DNA of 64,000 nucleotides, taken from the NCBI GenBank assembly GCA_951406725.2, contig OX597831.1:26660001-26724000 (forward strand), written 5' to 3'. Below the pieces are notes generated by a model. The model was not told the DNA's origin, searched no databases, and saw nothing but the letters and a program-made list of their open reading frames with translations. Source of the stretch: Octopus vulgaris (taxonomy: Eukaryota). A program made the position numbers and the translations under genes. Positions 1 through 11,818 of this stretch are shown here, one piece after another. Within the stretch, counting starts at the first letter, position 1; each line of letters begins with the position of its first letter.

Positions 1-969
1 ACTGGTAAACTAATTCCATTGTCTGGAATAGCCCGAGAGACATTTTTTCTATGCGCTGTATGTTTTTATATTTTGCTCGCATTCACCTTGTATGTATTTC
101 TGTCGCACACACGTACACACACATAAATGCTCTCTCTCACATACATACGTCACACATGCTTTTCTCGCTTGTTTTTTTTTACATGCTAAATTTGCCTTTT
201 GTGGACACCCCTCATTTCTATAGACCCTGGCGGTCACGTATACATAGAGAGGGTTGTTTGTCCATTATAACGCGCCAGCATGTCATACTTTTGTTCCTAT
301 ACGAACGAAGCATATAATCGCTTAACCACTGGCATATTCATTTGCTGTTTTTTCGGTCTGGCAAGCACTATTGCATTTCATGCGCCTTTTGCTTCGCACG
401 TGTATTGCCTTGTTTTTGCAACACGTTTGCGCTAGATTAATTCCTTTCCCGACTCATAGACGTCGGATGTTCAAATGCGCTGCGCCGATTTATAGGCGTA
501 ATTATTTTTCCCTGTTAGACCACTGTTGGTCACGTAATTAACAGAAAATTATCTGTGTCGTGCATCACACCAGCATGTTTGCACTTTTGCCTTTTGTGTT
601 ACTAGCGATCTTCTGTCAATTCCATTTCCTCTCCTGCAGAAATTGATTTAACTGCTATTTTGCAGGATCAACCACCTTTAGAGAAGTTGGATTTTAATTT
701 CGCCTAGGTTCAATAACTGTGAGTTCTGCCTTTTCTTCCGCTCCTTTCAGCGGAAGGGTTTATACTTTGTGACGTATACACTTTCATGCATGCACTCTTG
801 ATTTTTGCTCATTGAGTATTTTTTCTCTTTTTCCTTTAGTAAATTTCTTGTGTATGTTATAAATTTTGCCATTATATTATTGTGTGCTATTTGGTTATCT
901 GGTGTCCACCTTGAGTTTTGCAGTCACTACAATAAGTTTCCTTTCGTGCGTACGCACTGGAGGGGAGCC

Positions 970-1376
970 TGTAGTGATCCGACAACGGCGCGCGCTCGCG
1001 CATATATTCTCTCCATTCGAACGGATTCTAGCAGTCCTTTGGCCGAAGACTTTTAACCAAAATTGTTGCAGACCAACATCGTCTCCATTGTTCGACGCCA
1101 TCTTGGACCCTTTCTGTTTTCATCGGCTGGACATTGTAAATATTACAATCTATGAACTTTCAGCCTTGCGCGCCCAGAATCAAGGACATCAGATAACACA
1201 CTTATTGTTATTGTTTACCAAGAAAGAGAATAAAGTAGTTATATGTATATTTTACGTCTGCGTCTTGTTGTTTCTGACTTGTAGAATTCTGGATTATTAA
1301 AGTAACGGCTAGTGAGAGATTGCTTTGTGCACCCCAAAAGTCCACGAGGATAGACACTCACACTAAGTTCGTTTCA
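970..1376 (+). repeat. LTR (shared internal copy, 407 bp)
   Basis: Starts TGTAG right after purine tract GGAGGGGAG(cc), ends TTTCA one base before the PBS; AATAAA near 1229. Confidence 0.85.
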
Positions 1377-1377
1377 C

Positions 1378-1395
1378 TGGTGACCCCGACGTGAT
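1378..1395 (+). promoter_or_regulatory. Primer-binding site complementary to tRNA-Trp 3' end
   Basis: TGGTGACCCCGACGTGAT = reverse complement of ATCACGTCGGGGTCACCA, the 3' end of metazoan tRNA-Trp. Confidence 0.9.
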
Positions 1396-2930
1396 TCTGG
1401 TCTAAAACCAGAGATCACTTATCAACAAAAAAATCCAGTTTTTCTGCGAAGTCGGAACACGATTTAACTCTACGCATTCAACTTTCGACGATTTGTTTCC
1501 GTCCTCTCGGACCGTTATAGAAGGAGCCTCTTTCTTATTCTACAGCCATGATGACGGACGCCATCATCATCTATTCGATGCCTTTTCTCCACCTTCGTCA
1601 TCATCATCGTCGTCTTTCTACTTCACGTCGTCGCTATCTTCGTCGCCATCATCACTAAGAACGATGTTGTCCCAAGTCCACTACAGTCGCCTTCCACCAC
1701 CAACGTCGCCTTTCAACACCGTCGACCTCCACCAAGATGTACATAGCAACTCGCGGAAGTTTGGTCCACTTGCCGTTTGTGCATATGCACACCAAGGATA
1801 AACAGCACCGTCTATCTACGAGATTTCTTCTGTTCCAGTTAACCTGTCACAGCATTGAAGCCACAACCGTTACACGATATGTGTTCAACCGGCATCTGCA
1901 TTTTGTGATTTCAACATTTCTGTTACAGAACGAACTGCTATTGTACATCAGGCTATTATAGACTGGTAAACTAATTCCATTGTCTGGAATAGCCCGAGAG
2001 ACATTTTTTCTATGCGCTGTATGTTTTTATATTTTGCTCGCATTCACCTTGTATGTATTTCTGTCGCACACACGTACACACACATAAATGCTCTCTCTCA
2101 CATACATACGTCACACATGCTTTTCTCGCTTGTTTTTTTTTACATGCTAAATTTGCCTTTTGTGGACACCCCTCATTTCTATAGACCCTGGCGGTCACGT
2201 ATACATAGAGAGGGTTGTTTGTCCATTATAACGCGCCAGCATGTCATACTTTTGTTCCTATACGAACGAAGCATATAATCGCTTAACCACTGGCATATTC
2301 ATTTGCTGTTTTTTGGTCTGGCAAGCACTATTGCATTTCATGCGCCTTTTGCTTCGCACGTGTATTGCCTTGTTTTTTGCAACACGTTTGCGTTAGCCTA
2401 ATCCTTTTCCCGACTCATAGACGTCGGATGTTCAAATGCGCTGCGCCGATTTATAGGCGTAATTATTTTTCCCTGTTAGACCACTGTTGGTCACGTAATT
2501 AACAGAAAATTATCTGTGTCGCGCATCACACCAGCATGTTTGCACTTTTGCCTTTTGTGTTACTAGCGATCTTCTGTCAATTCCATTTCCTCTCCTGCAG
2601 AAATTGATTTAACTGCTATTTTGCAGGATCAACCACCTTTAGAGAAGTTGGATTTTAATTTCGCCTAGGTTCAATAACTGTGAGTTCTGCCTTTTCTTCC
2701 GCTCCTTTCAGCGGAAGGGTTTATACTTTGTGACGTATACACTTTCATGCATGCACTCTTGATTTTTGCTCATTGAGTATTTTTTCTCTTTTTCCTTTAG
2801 TAAATTTCTTGTGTATGTTATAAATTTTGCCATTATATTATTGTGTGCTATTTGGTTATCTGGTGTCCACCTTGAGTTTTGCAGTCACTACAATAAGTTT
2901 CCTTTCGTGCGTACGCACTGGAGGGGAGCC

Positions 2931-3337
2931 TGTAGTGATCCGACAACGGCGCGCGCTCGCGCATATATTCTCTCCATTCGAACGGATTCTAGCAGTCCTT
3001 TGGCCGAAGAATTTTAACCAAAATTGTTGCAGACCAACATCGTCTCCATTGTTCGACGCCATCTTGGACCCTTTCTGTTTTCATCGGCTGGACATTGTAA
3101 ATATTACAATCTATGAACTTTCAGCCTTGCGCGCCCAGAATCAAGGACATCAGATAACACACTTATTGTTATTGTTTACCAAGAAAGAGAATAAAGTAGT
3201 TATATGTATATTTTACGTCTGCGTCTTGTTGTTTCTGACTTGTAGAATTCTGGATTATTAAAGTAACGGCTAGTGAGAGATTGCTTTGTGCACCCCAAAA
3301 GTCCACGAGGATAGACATTCACACTAAGTTCGTTTCA
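2931..3337 (+). repeat. 3' terminal LTR
   Basis: Near-identical to 970-1376, preceded by the same PPT, followed by unrelated host sequence instead of a PBS. Confidence 0.85.
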
Positions 3338-3487
3338 CATCTGTTTGTTTTGTACACCACCTGTCTTCGTCTTTTGTTTTTTTTTTTTCGTAAACTCTCC
3401 CTATTTATATATAAAAAAGAAGGACGAAGACAGATGATGTTGACAACAAACAGATGTATTAGTATAACGCTCGAGAAGTGAAAAAGT

Positions 3488-3523
3488 CTTTAACGTTTCG
3501 AGCCTACGCTCTTCCACAGAAAG
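3488..3523 (-). ncRNA. Minimal hammerhead-like motif, variant core CUGUGGA
   Basis: Minus strand CTTT-CTGTGGA-AGAGCGTAGGCTC-GAAAC-GTT-AAAG: stem I, stem II hairpin, GAAA, palindromic mini stem III. Confidence 0.5.
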
Positions 3524-3787
3524 GAACACAAAGAAACAAGGGAGAAAATAAAGATATATATGCATGTGTGTCACTGAAGCCATTCCCGTATACATACATA
3601 ACCCCCCCTCTCTCTCTCACTCACACACACACACCAATAACATTGCTCTTTCTGTCTCTTCACACGCACTAACAAAACAACTTCACATACACAGCACACT
3701 TTCTGTCTCGCACATCCCATCAAACACATACACACACACATCAATTCTTTCCCTTCACGCCGACTTCAAAAGATAACTTCCCTGATC

Positions 3788-3819
<32 letters not shown>

Positions 3820-4020
3820 CGCCGACTTCAAAAGATCCCCTCCCCTCACATATGTAAATATTTTTTTTTATTTTACGGTAAGCGACGATCATGTTCAGAA
3901 GCATAAACAAATGCACGTGGTTTAAGAAGTGATATAACCTGTTCTCAAATCGAAAGATCGCCGGTAAACACCCCAAGCGATGATGGAGGTATAAACACCC
4001 CCTCTCTCTCTCTCTCTCTG

Positions 4021-4077
<57 letters not shown>

Positions 4078-4432
4078 ACACACATACACACATGCATACA
4101 CACACACACACACACACACACAATAGGCTTCTTTCAGTTTCTGTCTGCCAAATCCACTCACAAGGTTTGGTCAACCACCATTAAGGTGTCACACAGTGAG
4201 ACTGAACCCAAAACCTTGTGGCTGAGAAACAAACACCTTACCACACGCCCATAACTACGCTTATAACATGATATTATAGACATAAATATGTATATAAACA
4301 GAAAAGAGTAAAGAAAGATAACACCAAGTGGTCTGTGGCATTGTATTTTAAAGACATAGACAAATACAGCTTATGTTAAACACCATACAACGAAAATCTC
4401 TTGATTTATTAACATTATCTCTGCTTCTAGAG

Positions 4433-4633
4433 CAGTGCTTTTCAAACTTTTTGCTGGAGCGGAACCCCAAGGAAACATTCCACTGGCTCGAGGAATCCCT
4501 GTGCAATAATTTAATAGTCTTATGCACACATATCTGCACAGGAGAATTAAAAATTACTGTCGATTTTAGCATTTTTGTAACTTCTTGCGGAACCCCTGGA
4601 CTGTACTGGCGGAACCCTGGTTGAAAGCCACTG
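4433..4633. mobile_element. hAT (Charlie/Buster-like) MITE
   Basis: CAGTG..CACTG termini with imperfect TIRs, perfect 8-bp TSD TTCTAGAG at 4425-4432 and 4634-4641. Confidence 0.85.
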
Positions 4634-4733
4634 TTCTAGAGGATGCGCGCGTGTGTGTGTGTGTGTGTGTTAAAATGAGATGTTAGTTTTTATTTTCATT
4701 TTTGCTTAATTTCGATGATAGATTATTCACCGC

Positions 4734-4764
<31 letters not shown>

Positions 4765-4869
4765 TTAAATAATGAGGGAGATGAATTGAATATTAATTTA
4801 ATTAATATCAATTTAAAACCAGTAGCCTAGCATACAAAAATCTGAAAAATCAGAGAAAATTTTAATACA

Positions 4870-5029
4870 TGTGTATATTTAAAGGGCTAAAAACCACTAT
4901 GTGGTCAGCCATATGCTAGAAGTAGATCACCTTTTCTCTAGAGAACATTCTTTTCTTTGTAGTTTGATCGTAGGTGATCTACTTCTAGCATATGGCTGAC
5001 CACATAGTGGTTTTTAGCCCTTTAAATAT

Positions 5030-5034
<5 letters not shown>
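4870..5034. repeat. Inverted repeat, 63-bp arms with ~39-bp spacer
   Basis: 4870-4932 is the reverse complement of 4972-5034. Confidence 0.9.
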
Positions 5035-5079
<45 letters not shown>

Positions 5080-5141
5080 CCATGATAGATCGCTAGTCAC
5101 TACACATTCTTTATTTTCTCTCCTTGTTCCTTTCTGTGTTC

Positions 5142-5177
5142 CTTTCTGTAGAAGAGCGTAGGCTCGAAACGTTAAAG
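5142..5177 (+). ncRNA. Minimal hammerhead-like motif, variant core CUGUAGA
   Basis: CTTT-CTGTAGA-AGAGCGTAGGCTC-GAAAC-GTT-AAAG; same repeat family as 3488-3523. Confidence 0.5.
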
Positions 5178-5373
5178 ACTTTTTCACTTCCCGAGAGTTA
5201 TGCCAATACATCTGATTGTTGTCTGCACCACCTGTCTTCGGTTTTTTTGTCTGTGTATTCTCCCTATATGTGTGTGTGTGTGTATGAATGGATGCATGCA
5301 TGCATGTATATGTACACATTTATATGCATATGTATGCGTGTGTGTATGTATATATGTGTGTCTATCTGTGTGT

Positions 5374-5550
5374 TAAAATGAGATGTCTGTTATTTTCATT
5401 TTTGCTTAATTTAGACGACTGTTTATTCACCACACTCTGTATATGTATGTATGTATATATATATATATATATATATACATACATACATATACAGAGTGTG
5501 GTGAATAAACAGTCGTCTAAATTAAGCAAAAATGAAAATAACAGACATCT

Positions 5551-5557
<7 letters not shown>
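5374..5557. repeat. Perfect ~184-bp palindrome centred on (TA)n, made of a maT transposon end
   Basis: Arms exactly reverse-complementary including the flanking microsatellite; arm resembles 61537-61603 and 4672-4738. Confidence 0.92.
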
Positions 5558-5581
<24 letters not shown>

Positions 5582-5684
5582 AAGTTAATCCAAACATGAA
5601 AACACAAAGAGAAAACACAACAACGCGAGGACGTGGAACAAATATAGTATTATTGGACGCTCAGGAAGGAAGGGAAGAAGGAGG

Positions 5685-5719
5685 GTTTAACGTTTCGAGC
5701 GGAGCTCTTCGTCGGAAAC
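5685..5719 (-). ncRNA. Minimal type I hammerhead ribozyme motif (core CCGACGA)
   Basis: Minus strand GTTT-CCGACGA-AGAGCTCCGCTC-GAAAC-GTT-AAAC. Confidence 0.65.
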
Positions 5720-6932
5720 ATAGGAGAAGGGAAGACAGAGGGAAAAAAATCGCCAACGGTACACACGCGGTCACATTTTGAATGTGAATATATATATATA
5801 TATATTTTGAATATATATATATATATAATGAATATAATAAAAGTTGACAATTTTTTTTATCTTATATTTATTTGTAAACAAATCATACAATATTACATAA
5901 GCATTTTATAATGTTTCTTTTCTGGAAACTCACTGCGTACCAGCAGCTGATGGCTCGCGGATCACCACTTTGAGTAGCACCGGTCTATAGCACTCCATGG
6001 TACCTACATTACAGTTAAGTAGACTATACCATTCCAGTGTACCCATATACAGGTAGATTATCTATGTCACACCATGGTACATACAGATAAGGGTTCTATA
6101 CTGCAATGTAACGCCTAAACACAGTTGAGTGGACTGAGCTATCTCCTTTGTAAAGCCAGGTGCTAGAATAACAATGTAACGGTGTTGGTATATATACTCC
6201 AGACATGGTCTAGCATTTGCGCCTTTCTTTCATGTTGGATATCCTTTAAACAGCAGAACTATGTAAATGTGTGCTGGGGTAAAAAGGAAGAAAGGGCAGG
6301 GTTCCAGTTGAAGTGATAAAGTTATTTAATATTGTTAAGGGTCAAACAGATGTCTTATCTCAGTGTGATAAGGAAATTAGAGAATTCAGGCTGGTTTGTT
6401 TGAAGGGCGACCTGCAATGCATACACACACACACACATACACACTCACCTATGATTGTGTCTGTCTGTTTGTCATACTATTACTTGTGATTTATCTCTTT
6501 CATAATTTCTTTCTTTCTTAATCTTTCTTCTTCTCAGACAGCAAGCTGGCTGATACTTTAGCACACCAGGCTTAGCGGTATTTCGTCTGCCGTTGCGTTC
6601 TGAGTTCAAATTCCGCCGAGGTCGACTTTGCCTTTCATCCTTTCGGGGTCGATTAAATAAGTACCAGTTACGCACTGAGGTCGATATAATCGACTTAATC
6701 CGTTTGTCTGTCCTTGTTTGTCCTCTCTGTGTTTAGCCCCTTGTGGGTAGTAAAGAAATAGGTATTTCGTCTGTCCTTACATTCTGAGTTCAAATTCCGA
6801 GGGCTTATTATTTGTAAGCTTGGTACTTATTCTGTCAGTATCTTTTTCCGAACAGCTAAGTCACGGGTACGTAAACACACCAACATCAGTTGTCAAGCGA
6901 TGGTGGAGGGACAAACACAGACGCACACATGA

Positions 6933-6972
<40 letters not shown>

Positions 6973-7293
6973 GCTGAAACCCTCTTCGGTCATGAATGAC
7001 CATGGGATTGCACCTAGAAAGTTACCCTCTCAGGCACAAGTCCGGGTAAGGTTGTTTATGGAAGACCAGCAGTCACCCATGCTTACTAGCCTCCCCTCTC
7101 CACGCCACCAGTGTTATCCAAGGGAAAGGCAAAGGGGGCGATACAGCTTGGCACCTGTGACGTCGCAACTCATTTCTACAGCTGAGTAAACTGGAGCAAC
7201 GTGAAATAAAGTGTCTTGCTCAAGAGCACAACACGCAGCCCGGTCGGGGATTCAAATTCACAACCTCACAATTGTAAGCTCGACGCTCTAACT

Positions 7294-7326
<33 letters not shown>

Positions 7327-7398
7327 CTGGAGTAAACACATAAATGTGAAACAAGGTGGAAAAAAAGAGTACTCAAATACCAGGGGTAAAGTAATATG

Positions 7399-7561
7399 CT
7401 TTATTTAAAAGCAGAAATTCAACAAAACCTGTTACTCGGAATTTCACGTTCCCGTTCGTCGGACAGTTTTGTTTCAACATCAGTTGTCAAGCGTCCGACG
7501 AACGGGAACGTGAAACTCCGAGTAACAGGTTTTGTTGAATTTCTGCTGCTTTTAAATAAAG
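7399..7561. repeat. Fold-back inverted repeat with a hammerhead motif in each arm
   Basis: Arms ~7399-7464 and 7493-7561; CCGACGA-ACGGGAACGT-GAAA(C/T)TCCGAGTA-ACAG on + at 7493-7528 and on - at 7429-7466. Confidence 0.8.
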
Positions 7562-7977
7562 TATATATATATATAAATTCAAATTACGATGAACGTAAAC
7601 AAACTAAAACGAAGTTTGCTTTAGAAGCGTTGAGATGTCTTAGAAAGTTACAGAAGTGATTTTAAATTCTCAAACGCAGGATGATGCTGATAATATAGCC
7701 TGAACAGGATAAACTACCCCTATTTTGCAGAAAAAAAGTGTTCGTGGCCGGCTCTGAGACCGGCTATATATATAACAGGCTTCTCTCAATTTCCGTCTGC
7801 CAAATCCACTCACAAGGCTGTGGTTGGCCCAAGGCTACAGTTGAAGACACTTGCTCAAGGTGCCACACGGTGGGACTGAACCTGGAACCATGTGGTTGGG
7901 AAGCACCTGCCTGTCAACCTATCTATCTATCTATCTACATCTCCCTATGTGCATGCATTCGTACTTGCCTACATACC

Positions 7978-8555
7978 TATTTCTTTACTACCCACAAGGG
8001 GCTAAACACAGAGGGGACAAACAAGGGGATTAAGTCGATTATATCGACCCCAGTGCGTAACTGGTACTTAATTTATCGACCTCGAAAGGATGAAAGGCAA
8101 AGTCGACCTCGGCTGAATTTGAACTCAGAACGTAACGGTAGACTTGCCTACATACCTATTTCTTTACTACCCACAAGGGGCTAAACATAGAGGGGACAAA
8201 CAAGGACAGACAAAGGGATTAAGTTGATTACATGGACCCCAGTGCGCAACTGGTACTTAATTTATCGACCTCGAAAGGATGAAAGGCAAAGTCGACCTCG
8301 GCGGAATTTGAACTCAGAACGTAACGGTAGACTTGCCTACATACCTACTAACCCATGTACCAACCTATCAGTTTATACCTATTTCTTTATTACCCACAAG
8401 GGGCTAAACATAGAGGAGACAAACATGGACAGACATAGGTATTAAGTCGATTATATCGACCCCAGTGCTTAACTGGTACTTTATTTATCGACCCCGAAAG
8501 GATGAAAGGCAAAGTCGACCTCGGCGGAATTTGAACTCAGAACGTAACGGTAGAC
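7978..8555 (-). mobile_element. Array of three 5'-truncated SINE family B copies
   Basis: Copies start (tail) at 7978, 8157, 8380; all end at AACGGTAGAC; separated by duplicated flank ACTTGCCTACATACC. Confidence 0.9.
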
Positions 8556-9396
8556 TTGCCTACGTACCTACCGACCCATGTACCAACCTATCTGTTTATA
8601 CCTGTTTGTACAACATCTTGTGTTATTTTAAGTATTGGTAATTACAAAAACAAGCAAACGATGCACAATGCAGACATCTCCCATAAACATTCACTGAAAT
8701 TATCGGATGGAACTATATTAGGAAGCCACGAGATGCCATTCTGAGAATGTACCCAATGCTCTGTAGTAGACAAGAGTGGGCACACAACAACAAGAACAAG
8801 AACAAGAGCAAGAACAGCAGCCGACTCTTCTCAACATTATCGGATTCACTCAAGCGTAAACTGTTACACATATGGGCGGCTGGAAATTAATGTCAGTCAA
8901 CAGCAGACGTTCACTGATGGTCAGTGAATGTTCCAGAATAAATATTATGATGTGGACATGTCAACAATATCTGGAAGCTTAATGAAGCAGAAAGGAAATG
9001 TTGACAAAAAAAACATTGGATGAGGTGGGAGGAGAGATTTGGTGGGTGGGGGTGAGGGGAATGAGTGACGACGGCTGTGGTGGTGATGGTGGTGGTGAGG
9101 GGGGTGATGGTGGTGGTGAGGGGTTGATGGTGGTGGTGGTGGTGGTGACTACAGTTGTGAGGAAAATGATGACCAAACATTGGATTGGGGGTAGGGGTAG
9201 TATCTTTTGGAAAAAAAAAAACATACAAGGAATATAAAATATACAATATTGCCTTTTTTTTTGTTTTATTTTTCATGTTTGAATAAATCTGAGCAAATAT
9301 TGAAAATTTAATCAATGTTGCACAAATGATCAAATGTGTTGAATAATCATTGAACAAATGTAAAAGAAAACTATGTTTCTAGAAATGTGTGTGTGT

Positions 9397-9789
9397 GGCA
9401 GGAGTGGCTGTGTGGTAAGTAGCTTGCTTACCAACCACATGGTTCTGGGTTCAGTCTCACTGCATGGCACCTTGGGCAAGTGTCTTCTACTATAGCCTCG
9501 GGCCGACCAAAGCCTTGGGGGTGGATTTGGTAGATGGAAACTGAAAGAAGCCCGTCGTATATATGTATATATGTGTGTGTGTGTGTGTGTGTATGTGTCT
9601 GTGTCTGTCCCCCAATATCGCTTGACATCCGATGCTGGTGTGTTTACATCCCCATAACTTAGAAGTTCATCAAAAGAGGCCAATAGAATAAGTACTAGGC
9701 TTACAAAGAATAAACCCTGGGATCGATTTCTTCGACTAATGGTGGTGCTCCAGCATGGCCACAGTCAAATGACTGTAACAAGTAAAAGA

Positions 9790-9790
<1 letters not shown>
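9397..9790 (+). mobile_element. SINE family A (tRNA-derived head, CORE-like ACCTTGGGCAAGT, internal microsatellite, CR1-type tail)
   Basis: A-box-like GTGGCTGTGTGG, B-box-like GGGTTCAGTC; over 15 related copies, e.g. 12008-12420, 15440-15780, 19007-19376, 30863-31255, 31795-32210, 51078-51503, 51960-52368, 60293-60455. Confidence 0.9.
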
Positions 9791-9860
<70 letters not shown>

Positions 9861-9935
9861 ATATCTATATATTTTCTATTCTAGGCACAAGGCCTGAAAT
9901 TTTGGAAGAGGAGCCAGTCGAATATATATATATAA

Positions 9936-10385
9936 GACGCAGGAGTGGCTGTGTGGTAAGAAGCTGGCTTCCCAGGCACATGGTTCTGGGTTCAGTCCCA
10001 CTGTGTGGTACCTTGGCCAAGTGTCTTCTACTATTATGGCTTTGGCCGAACCAAAGCCTTGTGAGTGGATCTGGTAGATGGAAACTGAAAGAAGCCTGTC
10101 GTATGTTACCAGCCTCGCCTGGCCCCCGTGTCGGTGGCACGTAAAAAGCACCATCCGTCTGTGGCCATTTGCCAGCCCCGTCTGGCACCTGTGCGGGTGG
10201 CACGTAAAAAGCACCCACTACACTCACGGAGTGGTTGGCGTTAGGAAGGGCATCCAGCCGTAGAAACACTGCCAGATCAGACTGGGCCTGGTGCAGCCTT
10301 CTGGCTTCCCAGACCCCAGTTGAACTGTCCAACCCATGCTAGCATGGAAAGCGGATGCTAAATGAAAATGATGATAATGATGATG
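9936..10385 (+). mobile_element. SINE family A head with alternative tail ending in (GAT)n
   Basis: Same head, then GGCGTTAGGAAGGGCATCCAGCCGTAG... tail instead of the CR1-type tail. Confidence 0.75.
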
Positions 10386-10389
10386 ATAT

Positions 10390-10929
10390 AGTGGTTTTCT
10401 GATGCAGCCCTCCCATGAAATCCAGGTTTGTGCAGCACCTGGCAAACAGTTTTTGTGGAAACCGGGTTCTTGAGGTGGTCATTAAGCTCTGCAGTAATTT
10501 TGCGTGCTGTACTTTTGTGATCATTTCTAACAATTCATGTAAGAGTCTGACGGTCCCTATCTGAAAGTTTTGGTTTTCTTCTGGAGTTTTGTTTCATCAA
10601 GGAGGTTTTTCCCTCTTTCTCAAAGGCTGTCATTTCGAGACAGTACTTCTTGATACACCAAACATTTCAGCTGTTTTCATTATGCTAGCACCTGCCATAT
10701 GAGTACCAACAATTTGACCTCTTTGAAAGTCCAATTCATTTTAATGAATTTTAATTACCTTTTTCTGATGATATTGAAAAAGAAACAGCAATTTTACCAA
10801 AACATATGAAGCAGCACTAATAATAAATGAAAAAAACATTAAAATAAACAAGCTTTTGATGGTTTCATAGATATTTCAAAATTATGATGCTTCGATGCTA
10901 GGTGTTACCATTATTTTGTCCAACCCCTG
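10390..10929 (-). pseudogene. Tc1-like transposon 5' relic
   Basis: TA-CAGGGGTTGGACAAAATAATGG terminus at 10929; minus strand encodes DFQRGQIVG..AGASI.KTAEMFGVSRSTVSK paired-like HTH with frameshifts. Confidence 0.8.
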
Positions 10930-10994
10930 TATATATATATATATATACACAAACATTACCTCATTACCTCCACTGCTACCACCACCACCACAAT

Positions 10995-11270
10995 AACCAT
11001 CATCATCATCATTTTTGTTCACCTGTAGGACAGAGACAGACACAAGCATAATCTTATTCTTTTTCACCTGGTCTCATGCCAAATCTGCCACCTGCCCTAT
11101 CATTATCGCATGTTTTTCATATCCAAACGAAATTCTGAATATAATGAAGATAAACATTGTGTGTCAACTTGATCTTCTCTCACCACATCTGCCACCGTAT
11201 GCCACATGTTTCTGTACAGCTTCGTCATATGGTGATCTTAATAGCTGTCCTAAATACCTGAGTTAGTGAT
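10995..11270 (-). pseudogene. RTE-type LINE 3' end relic
   Basis: Minus strand LRYLGQLLR.. followed by short 3' UTR and (GAT)n tail; last ~70 bp recur at ~13858-13928. Confidence 0.55.
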
Positions 11271-11379
11271 AAATGAGTTTTTTTGTTTTTTTTGAGGAAC
11301 AGATTAAGATGTGTGTGTGTGTGTGTATATGTATGCATGTATATATACACATACATATACATATGTATATAACAATAAA

Positions 11380-11697
11380 GACTCCGCCGGTTACGACGAC
11401 GAGGGTCCCAGCTGATACGATCAACGGAACAGCTTGCTCATGAAATTAACGTGCAAATGGCTGAGCATTCCACAGACACGTGTACCCTTAACGTAGTTCT
11501 CGGGGATAATCAGCGTGACACAGAGAGTGACAAGGCTGACCCTTTGAAATACAAGTACAACTCATTTTTGCCAGCTGAGTGGACTGGAGCAACGTGAAAT
11601 AAAGTGTCTTGCTCAAGGACACAACGCGTCGCCGGGAATCGAACTCACAACCTTACGATCATGAGCCGAATGCCCTAACCACTAAGCCACGCGCCCT
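11380..11697 (-). mobile_element. SINE family D (head GGCGCGTGGCTTAGTGGTTAGGG)
   Basis: A/B-box tRNA-like head, GTGTCCTTGAGCAAGACAC core; related copies near 6975-7293, 18770-18960, 26340-26626, 35670-35985, 51633-51937. Confidence 0.85.
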
Positions 11698-11818
11698 CTA
11701 TATAACAATATATACCAGAGTAATAACATATGTATATATGTATATAACAATATATACCAGAGTAAATGCGAAACAAGGTGGAAAAATAGTACTCAAGTAT
11801 CAGAGTAGGAGTAATATG

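Larger units (their letters stand above)
1..3337 (+). mobile_element. Tandem non-autonomous LTR retrotransposon (internal-LTR-internal-LTR, period 1961 bp; left end outside window), Gypsy CsRn1-like signals
   Basis: 1-1377 repeats at 1962-3338 with only scattered differences; PPT-LTR(TG..CA)-PBS architecture at the unit junction; no gag/pol-sized ORF. Confidence 0.88.

Noticed and set aside
1493-1801. 102-aa ORF after the PBS as gag
   Set aside because: Low-complexity, TTG start, only a faint RLPP hint; no capsid or zinc-knuckle motif
11010-11030. Splice-acceptor-like TTTTTGTTCACCTGTAG repeated at ~13876
   Set aside because: Explained as the antisense of an RTE 3' end with (GAT)n tail
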